Source: an uncultured bacterium (GTDB lineage: Bacteria; Krumholzibacteriota; Krumholzibacteriia; Krumholzibacteriales; Krumholzibacteriaceae). Taken from it: a stretch of 64,000 nt of DNA. The stretch covers positions 1 to 64,000 of the forward strand of contig CAWFAD010000010.1 of NCBI GenBank assembly GCA_963813815.1, given 5' to 3'. Both the position numbers and the translations under genes were made by a program. Shown piece by piece: positions 11,405 to 21,111 of this stretch; the stretch's first letter is position 1; each line of letters starts with the position of its first letter. The notes under the pieces were generated by a model, which did no database searches, was not told where the DNA came from, and saw nothing but the letters and a program-made list of their open reading frames with translations.

Positions 11405-12228
11405 TCAAATCTCGAATCCGACGACGAGCTTGACCGCGGCGGCCGCGACGAGCGAGTAGAAGAGAAACGCCACGATCCAGTGAACCCTCCAGAAAAAGAG
11501 CGGGTAGCGGGCCGGAGGATACCGGAGCGTCACCGACTCGATGGGCGAGCCGTCCGGAATGGGCGGAAGCGCGGGGTGGAGGAGAGGCTCGATGAAGGAC
11601 GAGCCCCGCGCGCCGCCGATCATCCGGTGCGCCGGCTCCGCGACGAGGGGCGATCGTGTAGTCGACTCCATCGATCGAGATCGTGACGGCGTGCGTGCCG
11701 GCGCGAGTCGATCCTGATGCGCCACGCGAGCTCGCGCGTCGCGCGGATTCTCACGGGCCCCGCCTCCACGGCCGCTCCCGGGCCGCACGAGAGGGACGCG
11801 CTCACGGCGAGCGGATCGTTCCCCTCCGCGAGGAACACCGAGAGGACGGTCGTCGATCCGGCCGCGAGGTGGCTCCTCCCGTACCGCTCGTCGAGCTGCA
11901 TGAAAACTATCGCCGCGGGGACGACGATCACGAGAATCGGGAGCAGGATGTGCCGGAGATAGATGAGATTCGCCCGCAGCGCGCCGAGGAACGCGGCGAG
12001 TATGTTTCCCGCGTCGTCCCGGTAGATTCGCATCTCGAGTATGAACGATTTGGCGAGGTCCTTCGACTTCCTCACCTTCTCGGCGTTCGAGACGAGCTTG
12101 TAGAGGAGCGCCATCCCGACCCCCGCGAGGAGCGAGAGCCACGCGAGTCCGAGCGCGTGGCGCGCATGGCCCATGGGCGCGAGCAGCGCGTCGAACGCCG
12201 CGGTTATGATCTTCGAAACGAGCTCCAT
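11405..12228 (-). CDS. Three-TM membrane protein, EMC3/TMCO1/DUF106-like (frameshifts near 11705 and 11650)
   Basis: Amphipathic N-helix, TM1, charged helical loop, TM2, beta-rich extracytoplasmic region, final TM HWIVAFLFYSL; joined from ORFs 11620-12228 and 11405-12142. Confidence 0.6.
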
Positions 12229-12239
12229 AATCTCCCGCG

Positions 12240-12434
12240 TCAGGAAATGTACCCCAGACCCTCGAGCTTCTTCTTGATCTCCTCGTCCGTGGCCGCGTCG
12301 CCGCCCATCTTCGCCGCTTCCCTCTCGAGCACGTGGATGATGAACTCGCGCGTCGACGAGTAGCCCGCGATCGCCGCCGCCCTCTTGAGCTTCGCGAAGA
12401 GCTCCTTGTCGATCTTGATCTTCGGGTCGAACAT
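12240..12434 (-). CDS. Small ribbon-helix-helix-like protein with LEGLGYIS tail (64 aa)
   Basis: MFDPKIKIDKELFAKLKRAAAIAGYSSTREFIIHVLERE...EEIKKKLEGLGYIS. Confidence 0.72.
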   Translation of the reverse strand: MFDPKIKIDKELFAKLKRAAAIAGYSSTREFIIHVLEREAAKMGGDAATDEEIKKKLEGLGYIS

Positions 12435-12457
12435 GCGAGCGTTTCCTTCCCCGCCGG

Positions 12458-14426
12458 CTAGAATATCGGACGGCTCGATGCCGGCGCTTCCGAGCCGTCG
12501 ATGCCGAAGAGCGAGAGGATCGTGGCCGCGAAGTCGCAGAGCCGCGGATCGCTCACGCGCGGTTTTCTGTTCGCGATGAGGATGCCCGGGACCTCTTCCG
12601 GGGCCATGCAGTGGTCGCCGCTCCATTTGTCCATGTTCCAGGCGAAAACGTCCCGGGTGAAATCTCCGAGCACGGATTGATCGCTGCAGCGGTATCCCCG
12701 CCGGTAGCCGATGACGAGATCGGGCCCCCGCGCCGCCTCGGCGCCGTGATAGACCTCGCTCGCGCGGTACACGCTCTTGATCGGGAAGCCAGCCCGTCTC
12801 GGGATCCCGGACGGCGAGGAGCTTCTCGCGCGAGCTCGCGGAGCAGCGCCTCGTACTCGGCGCCCTCGCGCACGATCCCCTTGCTCTCGCGGCCGCGAAG
12901 GTTCACGTAGAGGCCGTTGAACCCCACCCCGTACGCCTTCGTTTTTCTCCAGTGGACGTTGCCGAAAAGGTGCGACTCCTCGAGGGCCGCCGGATCGACG
13001 AGCTCGATGTAGCCGTTCTCGAGAAGCCACGTGTTGAGGTTGAACTTCCGGTAGTAGGGGGAGAAGCCGTGGTCCGACATGATGATGAGCGTCGCGTCAC
13101 GCGGGATCCGCTCCATCACGCGCGCGACGAGGCCGTCCATTTCGGCGTAGAGATTCTCGATCTCGTCCCGGCGCGCGGCGGTCGTGTCGAAGTGCGCGGG
13201 ATGCTCCGGGTCCATGTTCCGCCAGAGCATGTGCTGGCAGAGATCGAGCGTCGAAACGTAGAAGAAGAGAAGCCCGCCCTCGTGCTCGTCGAGGGCGACG
13301 TCGAGCATCCGCCGCTGCTCGTCGAGAACGAGCCGGGCCTGACGGAGGTACTCGTCGTCGTCGAAGACGCCCCACTCGAGCGCCTTCGTGTCCTCGGGGT
13401 TCCCCTGCGTGTAGAAGTATCCGATCTTCTCGAAGAGCCCGGCCGCGTACCCGGACGGCGTCGAAATCGGGAGCGCGGGACGGCGCGGGTGGATGTTGAT
13501 CGGCGAGACGTAGAGGCCGAAGTAGGGGTCGATCGATTTGAGATAGAAGCGGCAGATGCCCTTCGAGCGAATGGAGCGGCCCCATGAGGTCGAACGAGAT
13601 CTCGACCCACGGGCTCCATTCGCCGACCGGCGAGGATCGTCTCCGATTTTCCGACGACGATCTTCGCCGCGCCGCTCATGCTATCGGCGTATACGGTGAG
13701 GGGGGCGGTGAGAATGGGCGAGCCGGCCTTGAGGGTATTCGCCGGGCCGGAGAGGACGGTCGAGACGACGCCGTTCTCGACGGCGACGGGATACATCTTT
13801 CCGCCGCTCGCGTCGAGGCCCGTGAAGGACGGATCGTTCGTGAAGTAGGAGAACGTGCCGTAGCTCCCGAGGAGATCCGGCGTCCCGAGGCCCGAGAGCG
13901 TCCGCCCTTTGCACGGGACGGGCGGAAAGTTCGACGGCATCCTCGATATCGTGTACGGCACGCCGTGCTCGTCGAGTATCTGCCAGAAGGCCTTGCCCTT
14001 TCTCAGCAAGGTCGCCTTCCCCGCCGAGAGGGGGATGGCCCACCCGCCGACGCGGAGCGTGTGCCCCGGCTCCTCGACGTGCGTGAGGGAGAAGGACGGC
14101 TGATACGTTTCGAGATCCCGGGTGATGTAGTCGAAGATGCCATGCCCGCCGGGATCCATCCCGGTGATGAAGCTCGACCACGCGACGGGGCTCTGGGGAG
14201 GCACGGACGTTCCGAGGCGCGAGTACGATCCTTCCCGCATGAGCTTCTGAAACGCCGGCATGCGCCCCTTCTCGACGAACCGTTCGAGGAGAACGGGATC
14301 CATGCCGTCGATTCCGAGGATGACGACGCTCGGCGTGCGGCCGGCCGGGCGCTCGGGAGCGCAGCTCCCCGCGACGGCGAGCGATGCGGCGGCGATGACG
14401 ACGCTCACGACGCGGCTCGCGCTCAC
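12458..14426 (-). CDS. Alkaline phosphatase superfamily (NPP/phosphodiesterase-like) protein, probable lipoprotein; several frameshifts
   Basis: LAVAGSC lipobox-like; ILGIDGMD, PPQSPVAWSSFITG, MSDHGF, WSGDHC; GTG start overlaps the upstream stop. Confidence 0.78.
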
Positions 14427-16505
14427 AGGAGATCCCTCCCCGTCATGTATCCCGGCGGATCGACGCCGAAGAGCTTGAGAATGGTCGGCGCGACGTCCAC
14501 GATGTTCGGATCGTCCTTTCCGACGCGCAGGTTCGAGAAGAGAACGCCGGGAACGAGCGCGGGATCGATGCAGTGGTCCCCGCTCCAGCTCTTTTCGTTG
14601 TTCTCGATGACGGCGTCCTTCACGATTCCCCTCGCGCAGTCCCACGATATCCGGTACCCCTCCTTGAGCCCCACGATGAGGTCCGGTCCCTCCCCGCGAT
14701 ACGGGCCGCTCATCTCGCGCGCGATATCATACACGCGGCTCACGACCGGCCCTCCGCCGCCCTCCTCCGCGAGCGCGAGGAGCTTCGCGCGATCTCCTTT
14801 TTGAGCGCGGGGGCTTCGGACGCATCGACCACGCCGTGCCGCTCCCGCCCCTTGACGTTGAGATAGATTCCCCCGAGACCGAGGGCGTAGGCGCGGGTTC
14901 TCGACCAGTCGACGTCCCGGAGGTACTCGGCGCCCGAGGCGTCTTCCCGCAGGGCGAGGTACCCCTGCTTCTTGAGCCATACGTTGAGATCGACGCCCCG
15001 TCTGAAGGCCTTGAAGCCGTGATCGGAGATCACGAAGAGCGCCGTCTCCTCGTCGACGAACGCGGCCGTCTTGCCGACGAGCGCGTCCATCTCGCGGTAC
15101 ATGTCGTTGAGGGTCTCCCGATGCTTCGCCCCGCCCGGACCGGCCCCGCCGCCGTCGACGAGATACCGGAAGAACATGTGCTGCATGCGGTCGCTGAGGT
15201 CGAAGACGCACGCCACGAGGCCCCGCTTCTGCTTCCGGAGCGTGTGCAGGAACATCGCTTCGCGCTCGCGATGAAAGAGGTACGCCTGCGCGATGAAGGC
15301 TTCGTCGTCGAGAACCCCCTCGTTCACGGCCCAGGTGTCCTCGGCGAGGCCGAGCGTGGCGAACGGCCCGCCGAGACGTTTGGCGAGGTACGCCGAGTAG
15401 AACGCCGGGTAGGAGACGGGCATGGCGGGCTTTTCGGGATCGATGTTGATCGGGGACACGTAGAGCCCGAAATCGCCGTCGAGGCGCGTGATGAAAAACC
15501 GCGCGATGCCGTGGATCTTGACGCCCGGCGCCGCCTTGAAGGCGAGGCGGATCCACGGGGAGTACGTCCGCTCGGGGAGGAAGAACCGGTTGCCCGATAC
15601 GCGTATCTCGGCGCCCCGTCTCGCGGCGTCGACGCGGATCTCGAGGGGAAGCTCGAGCGTCTCGCCCGTGAAGGGGCTCTCCGGGCCGGGAAGCGATGCC
15701 CTTGAGCACGCCCGCCTCCTCGTCGAGCGCGACGACCATGCCGCCGATCTTGCCGCCCGCGCCGCCGCGGCGGAAGTACGTGAACGATCCCATCGTGCCG
15801 CGCAGGTCGGGGACGCACATGCCCGATAGCATGACGCCGTAGAGCCGCTCCGGAGGGAACGTGATGGGGACTCTCAGGATCGCGCTGAAGATTCCGTAGT
15901 CGCCGAGCACGCTCCAGAAGCTCCTGCTCTTGCGGAGAAACCGGACGCGCCCCTTCTCGAGCGGCAGCCTGCCATCGCCCGAGCCGCAAGAATCTCTTCG
16001 GCGCCGCGACGCTGCTCGATGAGAGAACGGGGGCGTGGCTCGCCCTGTCCCGCGCGAGAAAATCGAAAATCCCGTGCCGCGACGCGTCGACGCCGGTGCT
16101 GAAGGTGGACCACGCCACGGGGGACATCGCGGGGATCGACGTGCCGAGCCGCCGGAACGTCCCCGTGGAGGCGAGGCGCGACATGTTGGGGAGCTCGCCC
16201 GCGGCCATGAGCCGCTCGCAGATCGCGGGATCGAGCCCGTCGAGACCGAGGACGATCGCCTTTTTCACGCGCGCCGCGCCCTCGGGCTTCCTGCGCCGCA
16301 GCCTCCTCCAGACGAGTCTCAGCGGGAAGGTGAGGAGGGCGGCGAACGCCGCGAAGAAGGCGAGCACGAACGAGAGAAAGGACGAGACGAGGGCGAACCC
16401 GGCGCCGGGGCCGATGTAGGCGTGCGCCGCGGCCGGCGCCACGAGCGCGAGGAGCGCCGCAGCGATCGCGATGCGGCCCGCCCGCCGTCGTCTATCTCGA
16501 GACAT
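14423..16505 (-). CDS. Alkaline phosphatase superfamily protein with signal peptide, AYIGPG motif and TM; several frameshifts
   Basis: AHAYIGPGAGF, VLGLDGLD, PAMSPVAWSTFSTG, ISDHGF, WSGDHC. Confidence 0.78.
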
Positions 16506-17799
16506 CGAGACTCCTCAGTATCTTTTCGGACACGTCCGCGACGTTCGGCTCGCCGTCGATCTCGATCGCCGACGGGTCGAGCGAGAAGAGGAACGCGTCG
16601 TCCCACGTGTGCATTCCTTGAAAGCGTCTCTCGCCCTCGATCCCTTCCGCGCCGACGCGGCCCTTGAGATCGAATCCGTTCCGCGGCACGAGCAGGAGAT
16701 CGGGGCCGTTCCGCGCGAAGGGGCCCGAGTACGCCTCTTCCCCGGTGAACTGCCTCCGCACGATCCGCTCGCCGCCCGCGGCGAGCCCCTCGAAGAGCGC
16801 CTCGAGATCCCTCAGGAGCGGGGCCGCGTCTCCAGCCTCGACGCTCCCCCGGGGAAATCTGCCCTTCCGGTTGAGGTAGATGCGCGCCGGATCGAGGGCG
16901 AAGGCCTTCGTGCTCTCCGTGATCCCCTCGAGGGACGACGCCCCGGGCGGGAGACGGAGAAAGCCCGCGTCGCGGAGGACCGAGTTGACGTAAATTTCCT
17001 TCTTCGTTCCGCAGAAGCCGTGGTCGGAGAGCATGAAGAATGCGCCGTCCGTCTCCATCCCTTCGAACCGCTCGAAAACGTGCCCCAGAAAGTCGTCGAT
17101 CGCCCGGTAATAGGCGAGAAAGTCGCCGCGGCGCGGGTGCCCTGCGTTTTCGTACGCGTCCCACAGAAAGTGGTGCAGTCGGTCGGTGCCCGTTACGACG
17201 ACCTCCATGTAGCTCCAATCCTCCCTGTCCCACAGATCGTCGAGCACGGCCCGCCTTCCGGCGAGGAGCCGGTGGAGCGACGAGAAGAGGGCGTCGTGGT
17301 CGTCGCGGCACTTCGCCGTGTCGACGTCGATTTCGTAGCGGAGGTCCTTGAGCGTCGAGAGGTAGGAGAGGGGAGCGACGGCCCTATCGAGCTCGAGGGC
17401 GACGAAGCCCGAGACGAGGACGCCGGAAATCGGGCGCGCCGGGTAGGTGGACGGCTGGTTGATGACGACGCTCTTCATGCGCCGCTCGCCGAGCACGTCC
17501 CAGATCGCGGGGGCTTTGAGATCCCTGAAGGACGGGTAGCGGAGCGAGTAGCTCGAATCCTTGAAATCGGTGAAGCCGAAGATGCCGTGGCCTCCGGGAT
17601 CGAGGCCCGTCATGAACGACGACCAGCTCACGGACGAGATTTCGGGAAGGGAGGCGGTCATGGGCGCGAGGCGCCCCCGGGATACGATCTCCTTCGTTTT
17701 CGGCATGACGCCCGAGTCGATCATGCCGCGAAGCAGCGTGCAGGGGACGCCGTCCAGGCCGACGACGCAGGTCTTCTTCTTGCCCCGTTTGCGGAACGT
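16492..17799 (-). CDS. Alkaline phosphatase superfamily (NPP-like) protein, cytoplasmic
   Basis: VVGLDGVP, PEISSVSWSSFMTG, TDRLHHF, LSDHGF; start unclear (ACG at 17799 behind GGGGAG). Confidence 0.82.
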   Translation of the reverse strand, partial: TFRKRGKKKTCVVGLDGVPCTLLRGMIDSGVMPKTKEIVSRGRLAPMTASLPEISSVSWSSFMTGLDPGGHGIFGFTDFKDSSYSLRYPSFRDLKAPAIWDVLGERRMKSVVINQPSTYPARPISGVLVSGFVALELDRAVAPLSYLSTLKDLRYEIDVDTAKCRDDHDALFSSLHRLLAGRRAVLDDLWDREDWSYMEVVVTGTDRLHHFLWDAYENAGHPRRGDFLAYYRAIDDFLGHVFERFEGMETDGAFFMLSDHGFCGTKKEIYVNSVLRDAGFLRLPPGASSLEGITESTKAFALDPARIYLNRKGRFPRGSVEAGDAAPLLRDLEALFEGLAAGGERIVRRQFTGEEAYSGPFARNGPDLLLVPRNGFDLKGRVGAEGIEGERRFQGMHTWDDAFLFSLDPSAIEIDGEPNVADVSEKILRSLDVSR

Positions 17800-17810
17800 G
17801 CGAGCTCCCC

Positions 17811-18419
17811 TTAGATGTATCCCAAATCCTTCAGCCGGGCCTTGATCTTCTCTTCTTCTTCCGGCGAGTACTCGCTCTCGGCGGGCGCTCCCGGAACGAG
17901 CCCCATGAGCTCGAGCGTGCGGATAATCTTCGCCGTGCTTTCCTCGATCGTTTCCTTGTCGGATTCGATCAGGATCTCCGGATGCTCGGGCTCCTCGTAC
18001 GGATCGGAGACGCCGGTGAAGTTCTTGATCTCGCCGGCGAGCGCCTTCTTGTACATTCCCTTGACGTCCCGCTCCGCGAGAACCGCGATCGGCGCCTTCA
18101 CGTAGACCTCGACGTACCTCTCTATCGCCCGCCGGTTCTCGTCCCGGATCGCGCGGTACGGCGATATGGCGGCGGCGACGGCGACGGCGCCGTTTCGGCT
18201 GAGGAGCTTGCACACGTAGCCGATGCGCCTGATGTTCGTGTCCCGGTCCTCCTTCGAGAACCCGAGGCCCTTGCAGAGGTTCTGCCGCACTTCGTCGCCG
18301 TCGAGCAGCTCGACGTTCATCCCCCTCTCGAGGAGGATTTCCTGTACGCGGAGCGCGAGCGTCGACTTGCCCGAGCAGGGAAGGCCGGTGAACCAAAGCG
18401 TGAACCCTTTCATTCTCAT
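17811..18419 (-). CDS. cysC: Adenylyl-sulfate kinase with C-terminal RLKDLGYI extension
   Basis: WFTGLPCSGKST P-loop, LDGDEVR, RDVKGMY, FTGVSDPYEEP. Confidence 0.95.
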   Translation of the reverse strand: MRMKGFTLWFTGLPCSGKSTLALRVQEILLERGMNVELLDGDEVRQNLCKGLGFSKEDRDTNIRRIGYVCKLLSRNGAVAVAAAISPYRAIRDENRRAIERYVEVYVKAPIAVLAERDVKGMYKKALAGEIKNFTGVSDPYEEPEHPEILIESDKETIEESTAKIIRTLELMGLVPGAPAESEYSPEEEEKIKARLKDLGYI

Positions 18420-18460
18420 CTCCCGGTGAAACGGTGTTTCGCGATGCCGCGTCCCGCGAT

Positions 18461-19854
18461 CTACATCACTCGCCCGATCATGTCGCCCGGAACGTCGATC
18501 GAGAAGTAATCGAGGATCGACGGGGCGACGTCGAAGATCGATATCTTGTCTCCGGCGGGGTTCGAGGTCGCGGGCCTCGAGCCGCCGCGGTTATGCCAGA
18601 TGAAAATCCCCTCCTGCGCGTGATTGGCGTCGTCGGGGCCGGTGTCGTTCTCGAAAATGCGGATCTTCCCGTGTCCCACGCTTCCGGCGCTCCGCCAGTC
18701 GAGATCGCCGAGGTAGACGATGAGATCGGGGGGGATGTTGTTGCACGTCCGGTAGACTTCCTCGGGATAGAACACGCGCGTGCCGATGCTCTTTCCGTTT
18801 TCGTCCGTGAGGGCCTCGAGCCGCCGTTTCACGTCGGCGCGCACGCTCTCGTATTCGGCCCGCGGGATCGTTCCCTCGCTCTCGCGTCCGGCCACGTTGA
18901 GAAACACCCGCGCGTAGTAGCCGCCCTCGCCCCACGCCGCCGTCTTGCTCCAGTCGACCATCGACGGCTTGAGGGAGACGGGCTTCGGGGGATACTCCTT
19001 GAGGGCGAGGAGCCCTTCCCGCAGGAAGAACTCGTTGATGCAGATGCCGCCGCGCATCGCCTTGGCGCCGTGATCGGACACGACGATGACGGAGGCGTCC
19101 GCGGGGATCGAGCTCAGGACCTTGCCGACTTCCTCGTCGAGATACCGGTAGTATCGGCGGATGACGTCCTCATACTCGTTCCCCGCGACGTAGAGCCGGT
19201 GCGAGGGGTCGCAGAATCGCCAGAAGGCGTGATGGATCCGGTCGGGACCCATTTCGACCATCATGGCGAAATCCCAATCCTCGCGCGCGAGGAGGTGCCG
19301 GAAGACCTTGAACCGCCGCTCCGTCATGAGGTAGATCTGCGCGAGGAGCGATTTCTTGTTCGTCGGTTCTGAAGTCCTTGACGTCGAGGATGTAGTCGCC
19401 GTCCGCGACGCGGTCGATCTCTTCCTTGAGCCCCGGCGGGTAGGTGAACTCGGACTCCTTGCCCGGCGTGAGGAAGTCGGCGACGAGCACGCCGTTGAGG
19501 GGTTTCGGCGGGTACGTCTGCGGCACGCCGAGGAGGATCGAGCGCAGGCGGTTTCTGCGAGAGGTGGTTCCAGACCGTCTTGGCCTTGACGTTGCTCGAG
19601 TTGACCGTGTAGAGCTCCTCGTAGGCGTAGCTCTTGCGGTTGCGGAACCCGTAGATGCCGAGCATGCCGGGATCCTGAGAGGTCATCATCGACGTCCACG
19701 CCGGGATCGTGATGGGGGGGACGATCGAGACGAGGTTTCCCCAGATGGAGCCGGCCGCGAGCCGCTTGAAATTCGGCATCTCGTCGAGGGGGGCGCCGTA
19801 GAGGAACTGCGGCGTCAGGCAATCGAGACCGATAACGACGAGCTTCTTCGACAT
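18461..19854 (-). CDS. Alkaline phosphatase superfamily (NPP-like) protein, cytoplasmic (frameshifts near 19560 and 19360)
   Basis: VIGLDC, PPITIPAWTSMMT, GPDRIHHAFW, VSDHGA, NDTGPDDANH. Confidence 0.82.
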
Positions 19855-19871
19855 CGCTCTCTTCCCCGATC

Positions 19872-21047
19872 TCAGGGCTTGCCCGGCGGCTCTCCGCCGC
19901 GCGAGGCGTAGTGGCGCTCGAGCACTTCCGCGATCTCCGGGCGGGTGAACTCGACGGGAATCGCCTCGCCACGCGCGAGCATCTCGCGGACGCGCGTGCC
20001 GCTCAGCTGCAGGTGCGCCTCTTTCCCGTGCGGGCAGGTCTTGGGAGAGCCCATCGTCGCGCATTTCGTGCAGTAGAAGGCGTGCTCGAACATCATGGGG
20101 ACGATCTCGAGCTCGCCCGGCTCGAAGGCGCCGAATATCTTCTGGGCGTCGTAGGTGCCGTAGTACGAGCCGACCCCCGCGTGATCCCGGCCGATGATCA
20201 TGTGCGTGCAGCCGTAGTTCTTTCTCAAGATGGCGTGAAAGATCGCCTCGCGCGGCCCCGCGTAGCGCATGGCGGCCGGAAATATCGAAAGGACCACGCG
20301 GTCCTTCGGGAAGTACCCGCTCGTGATCGCCTGATAGCAGAGCATCCGCACCGCGGCGGGAATGTCGTCCGATTTCGTTTCGCCCATGATGGGGTGGATG
20401 AGGAGGCCGTCCGTCATCTCGAGGGCGCATTTCAGGAGGTACTCGTGCGCGCGGTGGATCGGGTTGCGCGTTTGAAAGGCCACGACGCGCTCCCACCCCT
20501 TCGTCTTGAAGAGGATACGCGTCTCCCGCGGATCGAGATGGTAGCTCGCGAAGCTCTCGTCGACCATGCGCTCGAAGAGCGTGATCGGGCCTCCGGCGTA
20601 CGTGTCGCCGGTCGAGCGGAGGTACTGAACGCCGGGGTGGGCGGCGTCCCTCGTGAGGAGCACCTTCTCGGCCTCGCGCTCCTTGTCGACCGCGTACACG
20701 TCGTCGACGCGCATGACGCCGAGGACGGCTCCGTTCTCGGCGCGGAGCGCCGCTTCGAAGGGCGGCCGCATGGGGGCCTTTTCCCCGTCCTTGAGCGAGA
20801 GCGTGACGGGAATGGTCCAGGGAAGGCCGCGGGGGAGCCGCATCGAGTCGAGGACGCTCTCGTACTCGTCCCGGATCATGAATCCCTCGAGCGGGCTCAT
20901 GGCGCCGGTGGCGATGAGGGCGAGGTCGGAGAGCTCTCTCCGGTTGAGAACGATGGAGGGGAGGGTCTTCGCCTTCGCGGCGAGCGCCGCCCTCTCGCGC
21001 TCGTCGGCGAGGCGATTCACGAGCTGTCCGCCATGAGCCTGTATCAT
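19872..21047 (-). CDS. sat: Sulfate adenylyltransferase
   Basis: AFQTRNPIHRAHEY, MRYAGPREA, IIGRDHAGVG, LSGTRVRE. Confidence 0.96.
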   Translation of the reverse strand: MIQAHGGQLVNRLADERERAALAAKAKTLPSIVLNRRELSDLALIATGAMSPLEGFMIRDEYESVLDSMRLPRGLPWTIPVTLSLKDGEKAPMRPPFEAALRAENGAVLGVMRVDDVYAVDKEREAEKVLLTRDAAHPGVQYLRSTGDTYAGGPITLFERMVDESFASYHLDPRETRILFKTKGWERVVAFQTRNPIHRAHEYLLKCALEMTDGLLIHPIMGETKSDDIPAAVRMLCYQAITSGYFPKDRVVLSIFPAAMRYAGPREAIFHAILRKNYGCTHMIIGRDHAGVGSYYGTYDAQKIFGAFEPGELEIVPMMFEHAFYCTKCATMGSPKTCPHGKEAHLQLSGTRVREMLARGEAIPVEFTRPEIAEVLERHYASRGGEPPGKP

Positions 21048-21111
21048 CGTCGGCACTCTCCCGGAGTTGAAACGACGCGTAACTCTATATGATGCGGCAC
21101 AATGGCGGCTT

